DNA of 63,804 nucleotides, the filler included, from Collodictyon triciliatum (Eukaryota): the NCBI GenBank assembly GCA_043381765.1. It is 6 parts of 6 records of this genome, joined end to end, with 100 filler letters (N's around TTAATTAATTAA, not from the genome) between each part and the next. Parts side by side here need not be neighbours in the genome. Positions count along the whole stretch, not along the records: positions 42,599 to 53,133 come from JBHJMP010002641.1; positions 53,234 to 63,804 come from JBHJMP010002642.1; 4 more parts are not named here. One strand, written 5' to 3'. Below, piece after piece: positions 48,083-60,550 of the stretch (position 1 is its first letter; each line of letters starts with the position of its first letter). The notes below the pieces were generated by a model. The model saw only the letters and a list, made by a program, of their open reading frames with translations. It ran no database searches and was not told the origin of the DNA. The translations under genes were made by a program, and so were the position numbers.

Positions 48083-49125
48083 TGTATACACATATGCACA
48101 CATTCACACACATATTTCACGCAATGCACATTTTTCTCTATTGTTTTTCTTCTCTCTCTTCTTCCTCTTCTTCTCTTTCTTTTATTTTCAAGAGCCCGCT
48201 TCAATATTTCGCTCACGATGCAACAGAAATGGCTCGTGTAGGTTCATTCAGATTGTGTTTGAGTGGGATTTCACTTCTTTGCCTCGGATTTTACCTTTCT
48301 TATCTTCCCCCTTTTTTTCCAATTCGATTTCTTTTTTTCCCATTACAACGCAAATGAATCAAAAGGAATGATGGACATAAAATACTCTCACTACCTAGCC
48401 AGAACTCAAAATTGTGCTTCCTTTCATGCAATAAGCAATTCCACGATGAGACTATGCTCTTTTGGCTGNNNNNNNNNNNNNNNNNNNNNNNNNNNNNNNN
48501 NNNNNNNNNNNNNNNNNNNNNNNNNNNNNNNNNNNNNNNNNNNNNNNNNNNNNNNNNNNNNNNNNNNNNNNNNNNNNNNNNNNNNNNNNNNNNNNNNNNN
48601 NNNNNNNNNNNNNNNNNNNNNNNNNNNNNNNNNNNNNNNNNNNNNNNNNNNNNNNNNNNNNNNNNNNNNNNNNNNNNNNNNNNNNNNNNNNNNNNNNNNN
48701 NNNNNNNNNNNNNNNNNNNNNNNNNNNNNNNNNNNNNNNNNNNNNNNNNNNNNNNNNNNNNNNNNNNNNNNNNNNNNNNNNNNNNNNNNNNNNNNNNNNN
48801 NNNNNNNNNNNNNNNNNNNNNNNNNNNNNNNNNNNNNNNNNNNNNNNNNNNNNNNNNNNNNNNNNNNNNNNNNNNNNNNNNNNNNNNNNNNNNNNNNNNN
48901 NNNNNNNNNNNNNNNNNNNNNNNNNNNNNNNNNNNNNNNNNNNNNNNNNNNNNNNNNNNNNNNNNNNNNNNNNNNNNNNNNNNNNNNNACTCAGGAGAGG
49001 TGGGATTCGTCACAGCGTCCTTCCATTCGCCCATCCATACACATACACCACCCCTTTTCTGAAGTAGAAGCAGAAGCAGGAACTAATAAAAGAAAAGAAA
49101 AAAAGCGGGAGGGAAAAGCAGAGGC

Positions 49126-49127
<2 letters not shown>

Positions 49128-49189
<62 letters not shown>

Positions 49190-49277
49190 AAAGAAAAGAA
49201 AAGAAAAGAAAAGAAAAGAAAAGAAAAGAAAAGAAAAGAAAAGAAAAGAAAAGAAAAGAAAAGAAAAGAAAAGAAAA
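49128..49277. repeat. (AAAG)n / (AAAAG)n microsatellite
   Basis: Directly visible downstream of the PTP stop. Confidence 0.95.
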
Positions 49278-49423
49278 AAGGGCAAAAGGGCAAAAGCAGT
49301 GGCGACAGCTTCGACAACAACGGCGACGGCGATGATAATAACACAAAATCAAAACGGATGAGGGATTCGGAAGAGGAATAGGCTCGATGCAAATGCGGGG
49401 ATGGCTGCGAGCTGAGTGGGGCG

Positions 49424-51170
49424 CTAGACATCGGCCCGCGTGGCGAGACGGAGACGATTGCGGAGGATGTACTCCATGGCAAGATAGACGTATCTGAGCT
49501 GCTCCTTGGACTGGACAGACTTTGGCCTGCGCAGCCGCAGCCTGGCAAGCTCAAAGTAGATGTCGACGGCGCCGTGCAGATCCCAGGAGCGCCAGGCAGC
49601 CGCAAGGAGAAGGATGGTGCCTGTGCGGCCGACGCCAGCCCTGCAGTGGATGACGGCGGCGTTTGTCTCGGAGCAGGAGCGGACAATGGCGGCCATTTCG
49701 ACGACGCTGCGGAGGAGCCCGTCGTGCGGCACGTCAAAGTCGCCCCAGGTGGGCATGCGGAAGACATGCAGCCGGTGATGCCCGTTCAGCACATACGCCT
49801 TCTGCACAACCCCGACCAGGCTCGCGTGCAGCGCAAAGCCGTCCTTGAGGATCGGGTCGTCGGCATCGTGGAGCGGAAGCAGGCTGGACGAGGCGAGCCA
49901 CTCGGGCGGCTGTGGCTGTGGCTGTGGCTGTGGCTGTGGCTGAGCAAGCATCTTGAGGCGGCTGCCAAGGGTCAGATGCTCCGAGGCGTCCGGGCGCGAG
50001 CGGGGTCGGCGTCCCGGGGTGGATGCGGCAGACAGAGTGGATGCGGATGTCGATGCACTGGCCGAGTAGGACGTGTTCGAGTCTGCTTCTGCGTCTGCGT
50101 CGGCCTCTGCATCGGTCGCGGTCAGCAGGGTCGGGATCGGGGCTGGCTCGTCCAGAGGGTCGATTTGATGCACGACAAAGGAGGCGTATCGGCGGATGGT
50201 GTCTGGGCGCCAGTAGGCCACGTCGATGAGGGGCCCGAGTGCGATGATGTAGTGGATGTGCGCCTTGAGCACGGCCTCGTAGAGCTCGGACAGGTTTGTC
50301 AGGAGCGGCCACTGGATGGCGGCCACGCCCGGGCGGATCCAGCTGCCCATGTGGGCGAGATGGTTGAATGCGTATGGCTGCGTGTCGCGGAAGCGGATCT
50401 TGTCCTCTGCGGATGCTGATGCTGATGCTGATGATAGTGTTTTTGACTGTGATGACGATGACGATGATGATGGGCGTGAGGTGGATGATTGTAACTGTGA
50501 TTGTAACTGTGATTGTGATTGTGATTGTGATGACGACGACTCGGCGCAGGATGCACACGGGGTCTCGCCGTGCGGGCAGAGGCTGTGGGCCAGCGTGTGG
50601 AGCGTCTCGGCAAAGAGCGGGTTGTGGAGAGACAGGTGGTGCAGAAGCGCGTCCCAGCGGGCGGCGTGCGGATCTGTCAGGCGCGCAGCCTCGGCGGCAA
50701 AGTCGTCGGCCGTGCGGCACACGCGGTGCGGCGGAAGCGTCACGTACAACTCGCGCAGCCGCTCCTGATACGCTCGTCGGCCGCCCTCCGTGCAGAAGCG
50801 CAGCCCCGGCCGGATCGGCTCCTCGTCCCGGATCAGCCGCCCGTCCGGCTGCGTCCGCCACTCCTCCAGCGCTGCGTCGCTGCCGCTTGGCTGGCCCTGT
50901 GTTTCTCTTGCTTAGCTTTGCTTTTCAATGGTTACTTGATTCATTCGTTTTCTTTTATTTGGGGGTTTCTTTTCCCTTCATGCTGCAAGGTAGCAGCAGA
51001 GAGAATGGGAGTGTGTGAGTGAGTGTGGGAGTGAGTGTGTGCGTGTGTGTGTGTACCGTTCCAGGACGAAGGCGGGTTGGTGCGGTTTGGACGCCTCCGT
51101 CGTAGAGTCCGTCGGGATTCGGGATTGATACGCGCAGGCGTCCATAGGCCTGTTGCTGCAGATGCCGCAT
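49424..51170 (-). CDS. Classical protein tyrosine phosphatase, GC-rich, probably 2 exons
   Basis: KIRFRDTQPY (KNRY-like), WGDFDVP (WPD loop), IHCRAGVGRTG, RLRRPKSVQSKEQ. Candidate intron 50897-51056; the first exon is less certain. Confidence 0.88.
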
Positions 51171-52213
51171 CGGGAGTCGGTCTCTGGGCGGGCCTTTGTT
51201 TAGTCGGTGGTTTATTATGCAGGTTTATTGTTTTGTCACTGTGCTGCTTTAAGAGTATTTCTTTTTTCTTTTCTTTTTAACAAGCGTGAGAAGATTGTAA
51301 AGAAAAAAAAAAGAAATCGTCGGCCTTAGCTCTGCTTTACTCACTAACTCCCTCCCTCCCTCTCTCTCTCTTTCCTCACCTCTGTCCCTCTTATATTCCT
51401 TTTTTATTTTTTATTTATCTTTTATTTTTTGTCTATTCGGTTGACAGTTAGGCGTGTGCCATGAGCGAAAAGGGAACGCACAGGAAAAGCAGCTGCGCGA
51501 TCAAACGAAGGGAAGGATCGACATGCTGCAACCGCTGCCGCGCAGTACTCTTTGTCGTTTGCTGTGTGCCGCGGGATCTCTCGAGTGGAAGGAGACGCCT
51601 CTCAGACGTTTGGCAAGCGAACCAGCGTTGCTTTTCTTTGAGACAGAGATGCGGATGCGAGCGAGAAAGTGGCGTTGCCTTTGTTGCTTGTGTCGTCGTT
51701 GCGTTAAAGGCTTTGCCTGCTTATGGTTAGTCCCTTTCCATTGTACGATTATCTTTCTATTCGTGGCATATTCCCCTGATATAATAGCACGCTTAAAGAA
51801 GAAAAATGCATTCATAGTAAATGTCATCCTCCTATATTGGATACTTGTTCAACATTTTGTAATATTCTTATATACCTTCACACTAAAGATAATTAATACG
51901 GCTAAAAGTGATATTAAATAAAACCTAATAGCAATAATATAAAAATCCACATTAGTATATTTGAATTATAACGTCATTTGCTGTTAAGTTTCAGTTTCTT
52001 TTTCTGGAATATTTACTCAACCTTTCTGTGAGTTTTTTTGTTTTCCGAGAGGGCATAGTCTCAGGTGGGTTGCGGTGATCTGTTCGGGTTGTGGAAGTTG
52101 TTTTTTTCTTTGATCGTTTATTGATTTTTTTTTCTCTTTCTCTCTTTTCCTTTATCTTCTGCCGCGGTGCGTCCCGTAGAAGAGAATGGGGTATGTGAAG
52201 GACAGTTCTTGTT

Positions 52214-53008
<795 letters not shown>

Positions 53009-53133
53009 CTTTTGGAGAAGAAAAAAGGACACCGAAAGGATTTTTATGGGTCACCGTAAACTTCGTGATTTGGTGGTACATTAATTCGGTTATTAAACAG
53101 CACCAACAAAACAAACAAAACAAACAAACAAAC

Positions 53134-53233
53134 NNNNNNNNNNNNNNNNNNNNNNNNNNNNNNNNNNNNNNNNNNNNTTAATTAATTAANNNNNNNNNNN
53201 NNNNNNNNNNNNNNNNNNNNNNNNNNNNNNNNN
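53134..53233. other. Artificial scaffold spacer
   Basis: N44-TTAATTAATTAA-N44. Confidence 0.97.
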
Positions 53234-53756
53234 TACTGGACAAGCCCGCACATCGCAAGACCCAAGAGCAGCGCATCTCCCAACCCCGAAAGAAATCCCC
53301 CTTAAACTACCCATTCAGACTGACGTGAATATGGTTAACATAGGAGGCCTCAAGGCAGTCTTCGTTACACATCCGAAAGGATACTCCAAAGCGAAGGCAA
53401 CACAAGAACCAGCGACCACCGAAGATAGTCTGTCTACGCTGCCCCAGCCCGTCGCATCGAGAACCAAGGAGCAAGAGCAAACAGCACAAGTCGAATCCAA
53501 GCTTGGAACTCCACACACTAAAAACAGTCTGAGCAAGCAGGAGTGTATGTTTCTAAAACCACAAATGCATATCCATACTCCGGTTAAACAAAGACCACTG
53601 CCGGCTACGCATGGCTCCGAAACCAGGGGATGGTCAAGCGCCACTTCCGTTAATACCAGACAAACAACTATGTATCGCTTTTTGTCTGAGTCGCCCAGCA
53701 AGAAACGCAAGGAAAGTGACCCGTTGTTCCCTCAAAAGATTCATCCAGTGGAATGA
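53234..53756 (+). CDS. 3' end of an unknown protein with disordered tail, PIP-box-like motif and NLS (partial)
   Basis: Open frame from the scaffold edge to TGA at 53756; QTTMYRFL followed by SPSKKRK. Confidence 0.5.
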
Positions 53757-54020
53757 AATAGAATGTAAACCTTGTCTGAGATAGGTGATTGAAAGGACTC
53801 GTCGGAATCGATGTGAGAAGTAACTGCCATGTGCGTACTTTCACTAACCCAACTTTATCCGCTCTTCTGTCAGTCTCGAATACAACCAGAAATCGCGTTG
53901 GAGCTGATTCACTTCGGGTAGAATCGTCTGTGTGTGAGAACACTGTTCTCTCCTTTCTATCTTTCTTTTTCTCTTTCTCTTTCTCTTTCTTTTTCCTTTT
54001 CCTTTCCGATTCGCACAGAT

Positions 54021-54130
54021 ATACATACATACATACATACATACATACATACATACATACATACATACATNNNNNNNNNNATACATACATACATACATAC
54101 ATACATACATACATACATACATACATACAT
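54021..54130. repeat. (ATAC)n microsatellite spanning a 10-N gap
   Basis: Directly visible. Confidence 0.95.
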
Positions 54131-56314
54131 CTTTTGACTTATTCTTCATTCACAATTAAAAATAACGATAAAATTAATAAAAAAATGGCAATATACATGA
54201 AAATATATTGTTTTCTTTTGCTTGTAACATTTTGCATTTTTTTGGTTAGCCGATGAAATACATTGCAATGTGATTATTTTCCATCAATTGATTCAAAGTT
54301 TCGAGTACATTTTGCTGGGCTCTTTCAGACATTTTTTTATTCTAAAAGTCTTAGCTGTTGAGCCCGTCTCAACAATCAAAGGCTCTTTCAGACATTCTAA
54401 AATCACAATTATTAAATTATAAGATATCTTGCAAATAACTGCTAAATGCAGTACAAATCTAACAAATCTAACATATCTAACACCATTATTAATGGAACGA
54501 CTCTTTCTCATCTCAAAATGAGCTCTTTTTTTTTTTTTTAAAAAAAAAGGTTCCTTTTGTTAATAATAATATGTAAATATCTTAAGATGAAATAATTGTA
54601 GGTATTTTCAGATTTTATGTATAGTTATGAAAATAAGCTATTATTTGAAAGTGATTTATTTGACGATTCAATATTTTAAACTTTGCATAATTGAATAGAT
54701 ACGTAACCTGGGTATATACAAAACTGAGAACATTGAACACAGTTTTAATCAAATTTCATTATAAAAATAGCATATGCCGAGTTAAAATAATTTTTTAAGA
54801 CTTACGAATTTATTGTCAATCCTCAAAGAAATTTCATACGCCATAAAATTTGATTATCTCTGACTTTACCTTTAAACCTTATATTCAGCCATATATATTA
54901 CATAGAACCACCCATAGTCATCTTTACAAAAGTATAGAGAAATACATAATTTTTGTAAATGCACATTTTTATATTGAATTTGTGAATGTATTTTTATGAG
55001 ATGAAACAAAATTGCTTCGAATCTCTCAGGAAAAATATTTGAAAGATATAATATCAGTTTAAAAATTAGTTATTTTGATTAATTAGCAAATTCTGTCCTC
55101 AAATAATTATTTTTGTGTTCTATATAGTAAGAAAAAAAGGCAAACCAAAACCAAATATATCAATATCATTTAAGAGTAGAAAACTGTACATCGAGGAAAT
55201 AAAAATTGTACTTCATATAGTTCTTTCCTATGTCTAGAGAATAATTAAGTTTTCATCTAGTTGGAAAAAACCCCCAAATGTACTGTCATCATTACCAAGA
55301 CTGCATATTCTGAAGACAAGATTTCTCTAAACTTATCATAATCATATCAAAAAATTTCCTTATTTATTCAAAATAAAAATTTTATCAAATTTAAAACAAA
55401 ATGAAGCTGCTAGGAACATAACTCATATGACCTAATTTTCTTGCTTACCCACCCCAAAATTACCTCTTAATCTTGATTTTAATCCTTTAAAATACATTAA
55501 ATACTTCAAAAACAAATATCGCCAAGATAGTCATTAAACATAAAGCTTTATCACAAGCAATTCCTAATGAACAACTGTGGTATTCAGGATACTCAAATAT
55601 TTTTTTTATCTTTATACGATTCAGGACACTGAAATATATGATATTTACCCTAAATAACAATTGAACAAGAGGGGCATCCATTGATATTATGTCACTTTTT
55701 TTTAATCTTGAATGTACTCTTGAATAAATCATAGTAAATTTCATCGAAAGATACACAAATATGAACATAGGACGATTTATATAAACCAAATAATCAAAAA
55801 TTACTGTGTTAAAATGAATTTCTTTAAAGGTTAAATCACATATTTACATCATAGTATTTTTCTTCGGATTCTGCCATCACAAGCCCTAATTTTATTTCGG
55901 TAATTGCTATATGTTGTAATGAAACTTTGAGAAAACAAAGTTTTAAGATTTAGTTTTTGCAATCATGAATATTTAAATCAGAAAATATTTTATTAAATAT
56001 CGTAGCCTCTATGTGGGCACTTCTTGTTTGGGCTTCAGGCTTCGTTAAAATAGCACCACATGAACTTGAATGTGCCATGTGTGTGTCATAAGATTTTAAA
56101 ATTATGCCCAATTGAGGTTTGATTTTTATTATTGTAGGGAAGAAGTACATATGTCTTGTGAAAGTAAAGCAAAATTTGGATATAATTGGGGTTTCGAACT
56201 GCGACATCTATTTCGTTGGAAATCTACAAGGCTTGTGTTGTTTATCTTTTCGGTTTCGAATGCCAAAAAAATTGATAGTTCTCATCTTTGCTGAAAAATT
56301 TATATAAAATATAG

Positions 56315-59300
56315 ATATACAAACCTACTTGCTCCATGTTTTGTCGTTGCTTTTTTATTTTTATCGGTGACTTATGCTCGGCCGCCTCCAAGGTATCTTT
56401 AAAAAAAAAAAGAAGAAAATTTTAAACAGCAGTGAGTGATTGACTTACAAAAAATATTAGATGTCAATACTCAAGAAACGAGTTGCTTTCAATGAAAGTT
56501 GAAGATGCTTTTCAAATACTGCTGAGAAACTATGATGAGACATGCCCTTACATTAAAGATAGCGTTGAATGTATTTCTGAATCGATAAACAGTCATCAGA
56601 ACGTAGACTTTAATGCTGAAACCATAGATTCTTATAAATGGAACGATGATTACGAAACTTGCATTCAAGAAGCAGATTTCCATGAAAATGACAACATATT
56701 GCAACGGAGAGACAAAAAAAACTGGACACCGGTACAAGAAAGCGATAAGATAACCAATATCAATGGCACTTCCAGCCAATATAAACTTCTTGTCAGGCTC
56801 TACGATGTGCTTGATGGAGATAATTGGTCTGACAATCGTGGATGGAAGAATGAAAGCATTCCAATATGTGAGTGGTATGGAATAGGTTGCTATGAACGCT
56901 GTATGGGTGAGGAATACATGGTAAGCATTTTTTTTAAAATGTCATTCATGAACATACCAAAATTAAAAAATTGCTTCTTTGTGGGTATTTACAAAATTTT
57001 ATCAATAGAACAATACATGTCCTGTTGTTAGAATGGAGATGCCAAAAAATTCTCTTTATGGAGATATTGAAGCGGCGTCTGCGATTTTCGGACAGTTTCT
57101 ATTGTTGAACTCTTTGGACTTGAGTTATAATTTAATATACGGAAATCTTCCAGATTTCAACCTCCCAAGAATATCATCTTTGAATCTCTATGGGAATCAT
57201 ATTGTGGGTAGTATTCCAGATTTTCAAGAAATGACCCAAATTGAGGAGTTGCTAATAGATGGGAATGAATTAGAGGGATTTATACCTGATTTTTCCCAAA
57301 TTCCACTAGTGAAAACATTAAGGATTGGTACTAGTGACAATATTACAGGTTCCTTGTTACATAAAAATTATTTTTTTGAATACCAGTACATGGAGATTCC
57401 TCGAAAATTTTTCTTTCATTAGACATGGGTGCTAATTGAAGTATAGGAACTTTGCCTGATTTCTCTGGATTGCCCAATATTCGTTTCCTCGCAATATATA
57501 ATTGTGAAATATATGGTTTGTTATTTTTCTCATAAATATCAATTTTGTACTACACTAATCATACTTGTTAGGAACGATTCCAAACTTTGGTCAGATCCAA
57601 TATGCTGAGAGACTATATTTCTACAATAGCAAACTGGATGGTGATGGTTATATTTATGTAGTAGAAATCCCAAGTATTTCATGCTTGGTAGATGGGAAGA
57701 AATCATATTTGAATGATTAAAAATGATAGGAATAATTTTATGTCATTATTTAATTGCAGGGACTGTCCCAGACTTCAATCGTGTTCCAAATATAATTCTG
57801 ATGTCTATTTATAATAATCAGTTAAGCGGTAAGCACTCATTTTTAGGTATGTAATATCCATTAAATAATGATATCTAATTTTAGGAACAATGCCAAACTT
57901 CAGTAGCACTCCAAACATTATACTGATATCATTTTCTGTCAATCAGCTCACAGGCGAGTGTCGATTTTCCAGCACCATTATCGTATTTATTAAATACTAA
58001 CTTTATTCCATCAGGCTCTGTTCCGAATTTTAGTGAGATCACGAGTATTAGATATGTTTATCTCGACGGAAATCAACTCATAGGTAATCCATACGAATGT
58101 TTAATGCGATATAAATACATCACTGACATAAAAATTATAGGAACGGTTCCAGACTTCAACAAAATTCCCAATATTTTAGAAATTTCTTTGAGCAGTAATA
58201 TGCTGACTGGTGAGGTTTCCATGATTTTTATTTCGGTTATGAATATTTTCCTAATGTTAAGATTGTTGGCACGGGCGCCAACAGCTAAGTCTGTCGTGAA
58301 TAAAAAAAAAACAATTTTTTTTCCTAATGTTTACTATAGGTACCATTCCAAACTTTTCAAATTTAAGAGAAATTGAATTTTTATCTGTATTTGAAAACAA
58401 CATCGAGGGAATGGTTCCGAATTTCAAGGACTGCGTCAGCATGAAGAAAATATTACTGTTTCGAAACAAGTTGACTGGTACTTTACCTTCGTTTAATTTT
58501 ATGAATCTGACAAGACTCGACGTAAGCGAAAATCAAATCAACGGAACTCTTCGCAGAGATTGGAACATTCCTTCAATCCAATATATGGACCTGTCCTGGA
58601 ACAAAATGGATGGTACATTACCAGATTATTTTCAAGATTTATCAGAGTTAAAATCGCTGATTCTTTCCAACAATCGCTTTTATGGAAGTATACCGACCAA
58701 GTTCTGGAACCTGCCTAATTTAGTTACTATCGATCTGAGAAACAATTCTTTTTCTGGGGATGTTGGCACTTTCACTGTCCCTCCTTCTACTAGCTATGAT
58801 TATTTTTATGAAAATTTGTTGCTGGATGATAATGACCTATATGGAGAATTAAACTGGAGGATATATGACTATCTCTTAAATGTTAAAACAATAAGCTTAA
58901 AAAACAACAAGATCACAAGAATTGATGAGCTGACAGCCTTGTTGAAATGGAACTCTCTTGACCTCACTGGAAATCCGATTATTGGAAACATACCAGAGTC
59001 ATACAGAAAATTTTCAAAGCTTGAATATTTAGGGCTATCCAATACATCGATGAATCATGCACCAGCAAATTTTCTTCCTGATTTCATAAGCTACACTTCG
59101 CCGTACAATCTGGAAGATGAGACGAAGCGTTACCTATGTCCGTCCATTATTTCAAAATCTGGCCTTATTGAACTAATGATTGACATAGACCCAAAATACT
59201 ACAATTTTGAGCTTTGTAAGTGCTTACCGGGATATTTTGGTTTTGGAAATAATTGTGTCCAATGCCCGAGAGAATGTGAATGTCTCGATGGAACATCTCT

Positions 59301-60550
59301 GCAAAAATGTCACGCTTCACCAGATGTTACTTCCGCAAAATCAATCCTGGCATGTCCTCTGCCAGACTCATGCAACTCCCTGATTCCAGAAAAAATATCA
59401 AATTCAAGTACGACTATTGAAATAGTTGATCTTTGTAGGATGGGTTACGAAGGGCATGCATGTTCGAAATGCCAGGATGGATATGGAAGTCAAGGAAGGA
59501 CATGTGTCAAATGTGACGAAGAGATGTTTTATTCAACTCTAATCATCGGCTCACTTGGATTTGGCATATTCATTGGTTATCTATATTTCTCTGAGACATC
59601 AAAAGCAGGTTGATTCAAGTAACCCAGTTGCTGCTCAAAATTTATACTAATTTTATTTATTTATTTGTTCTTTACCTAGCGAAAATTAGAATCATCTTGT
59701 TCCACATGCAAACATTGTCCATTATTTCAGCGGGTCTTGTTCTCTCGGAGGATACCGACAGATTTATTGATATTTCTTCGTCTATTGGTTCAATTCAATA
59801 TCCGAATCTTTCTTGTATAATGGGGATAGACGATGCATTTTTTTCCCTTTTATTTAGTTTTGCGAGAATACCAATTTTCATCATTCTTGGTGCGATGGGA
59901 TACTATTTTGGACATGGAAACCATCGAAACAAAGTAAAAATTACTATTGTTATTATCTAATAGCTATATCATGTTTGCTGTTATTTTTTAACAATTAAAT
60001 CAAAAACAGGCGGTTTTTATCACTTTGAACCTCTTATTCTTTATATACTATTCGGTTGCTAGAGAGGTGTTTGGTGTTTTTGGGTGCACTGTTTATGACG
60101 AAGGCATGAAGATATGGTATTTGAACTCTAAGCCCTGGATTCAATGTGGTCCGGCCTCTGATGAATACCGCAATCTGCTAGCAATATCTGTTCCGATTTT
60201 TGTTTTGTTCTTGTTTGGATTGCCTGCTCTTGTTTTTTGGAAGGTATATATGGTAGCTAAAAGACCTGGGTACGAATCAGAAGCGCGCTATGGCTTCCTG
60301 TACTTGCCATATAAAGAGGTATGCACAAACAAATTTTCGGTAAATTATATCATCGAGTGGTATAATCAATTTGGTTTACACTTTCCTTTTTTCGATTACA
60401 TATCTTTGAAAAATGAAAATATTTTGACCTTGTTTAGTCGTTCAAGTTTTGGGAATTTCGTATAATTGCTCGCCGCATCGCTTTTTCGTTCGTGCTCGGT
60501 GTGATTCCGTACACAAGTCCGGCAGTTTTCTTCTTGTTACTTGTCATTAT
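56315..60550 (+). CDS. Cell-surface receptor-like protein: signal peptide, plant-type LRR N-cap, about 20 LRRs, Cys-rich repeats, multi-pass TM domain (3' end lost in gap)
   Basis: Exons 56315-56392, 56461-56920, 57009-57348, six 69-nt exons (57447-58209), 58340-59608, 59680-59933, 60010-60318, 60438-gap, all in phase. NWSDNRGW..ICEWYGIGC; CRMGYEGHACSKCQDGY; KIRIILFHMQ, RYGFLYLPYKE, FWEFRIIARR. The start codon lies upstream and is unresolved. Confidence 0.9.

Noticed and set aside
49560-51022. Long overlapping ORFs on other frames and strands around the PTP
   Set aside because: Shadow ORFs expected at high GC; only the 49424-50896 frame has PTP motifs
57841-57852. AG|GTATGT recursive-splice-like site in an LRR cassette intron
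   Set aside because: It would leave an 18-nt sub-intron, too short; probably chance
57447-58209. CRISPR-like repeat-spacer array
   Set aside because: The periodicity is exon/intron structure of LRR units; there are no identical direct repeats or cas genes
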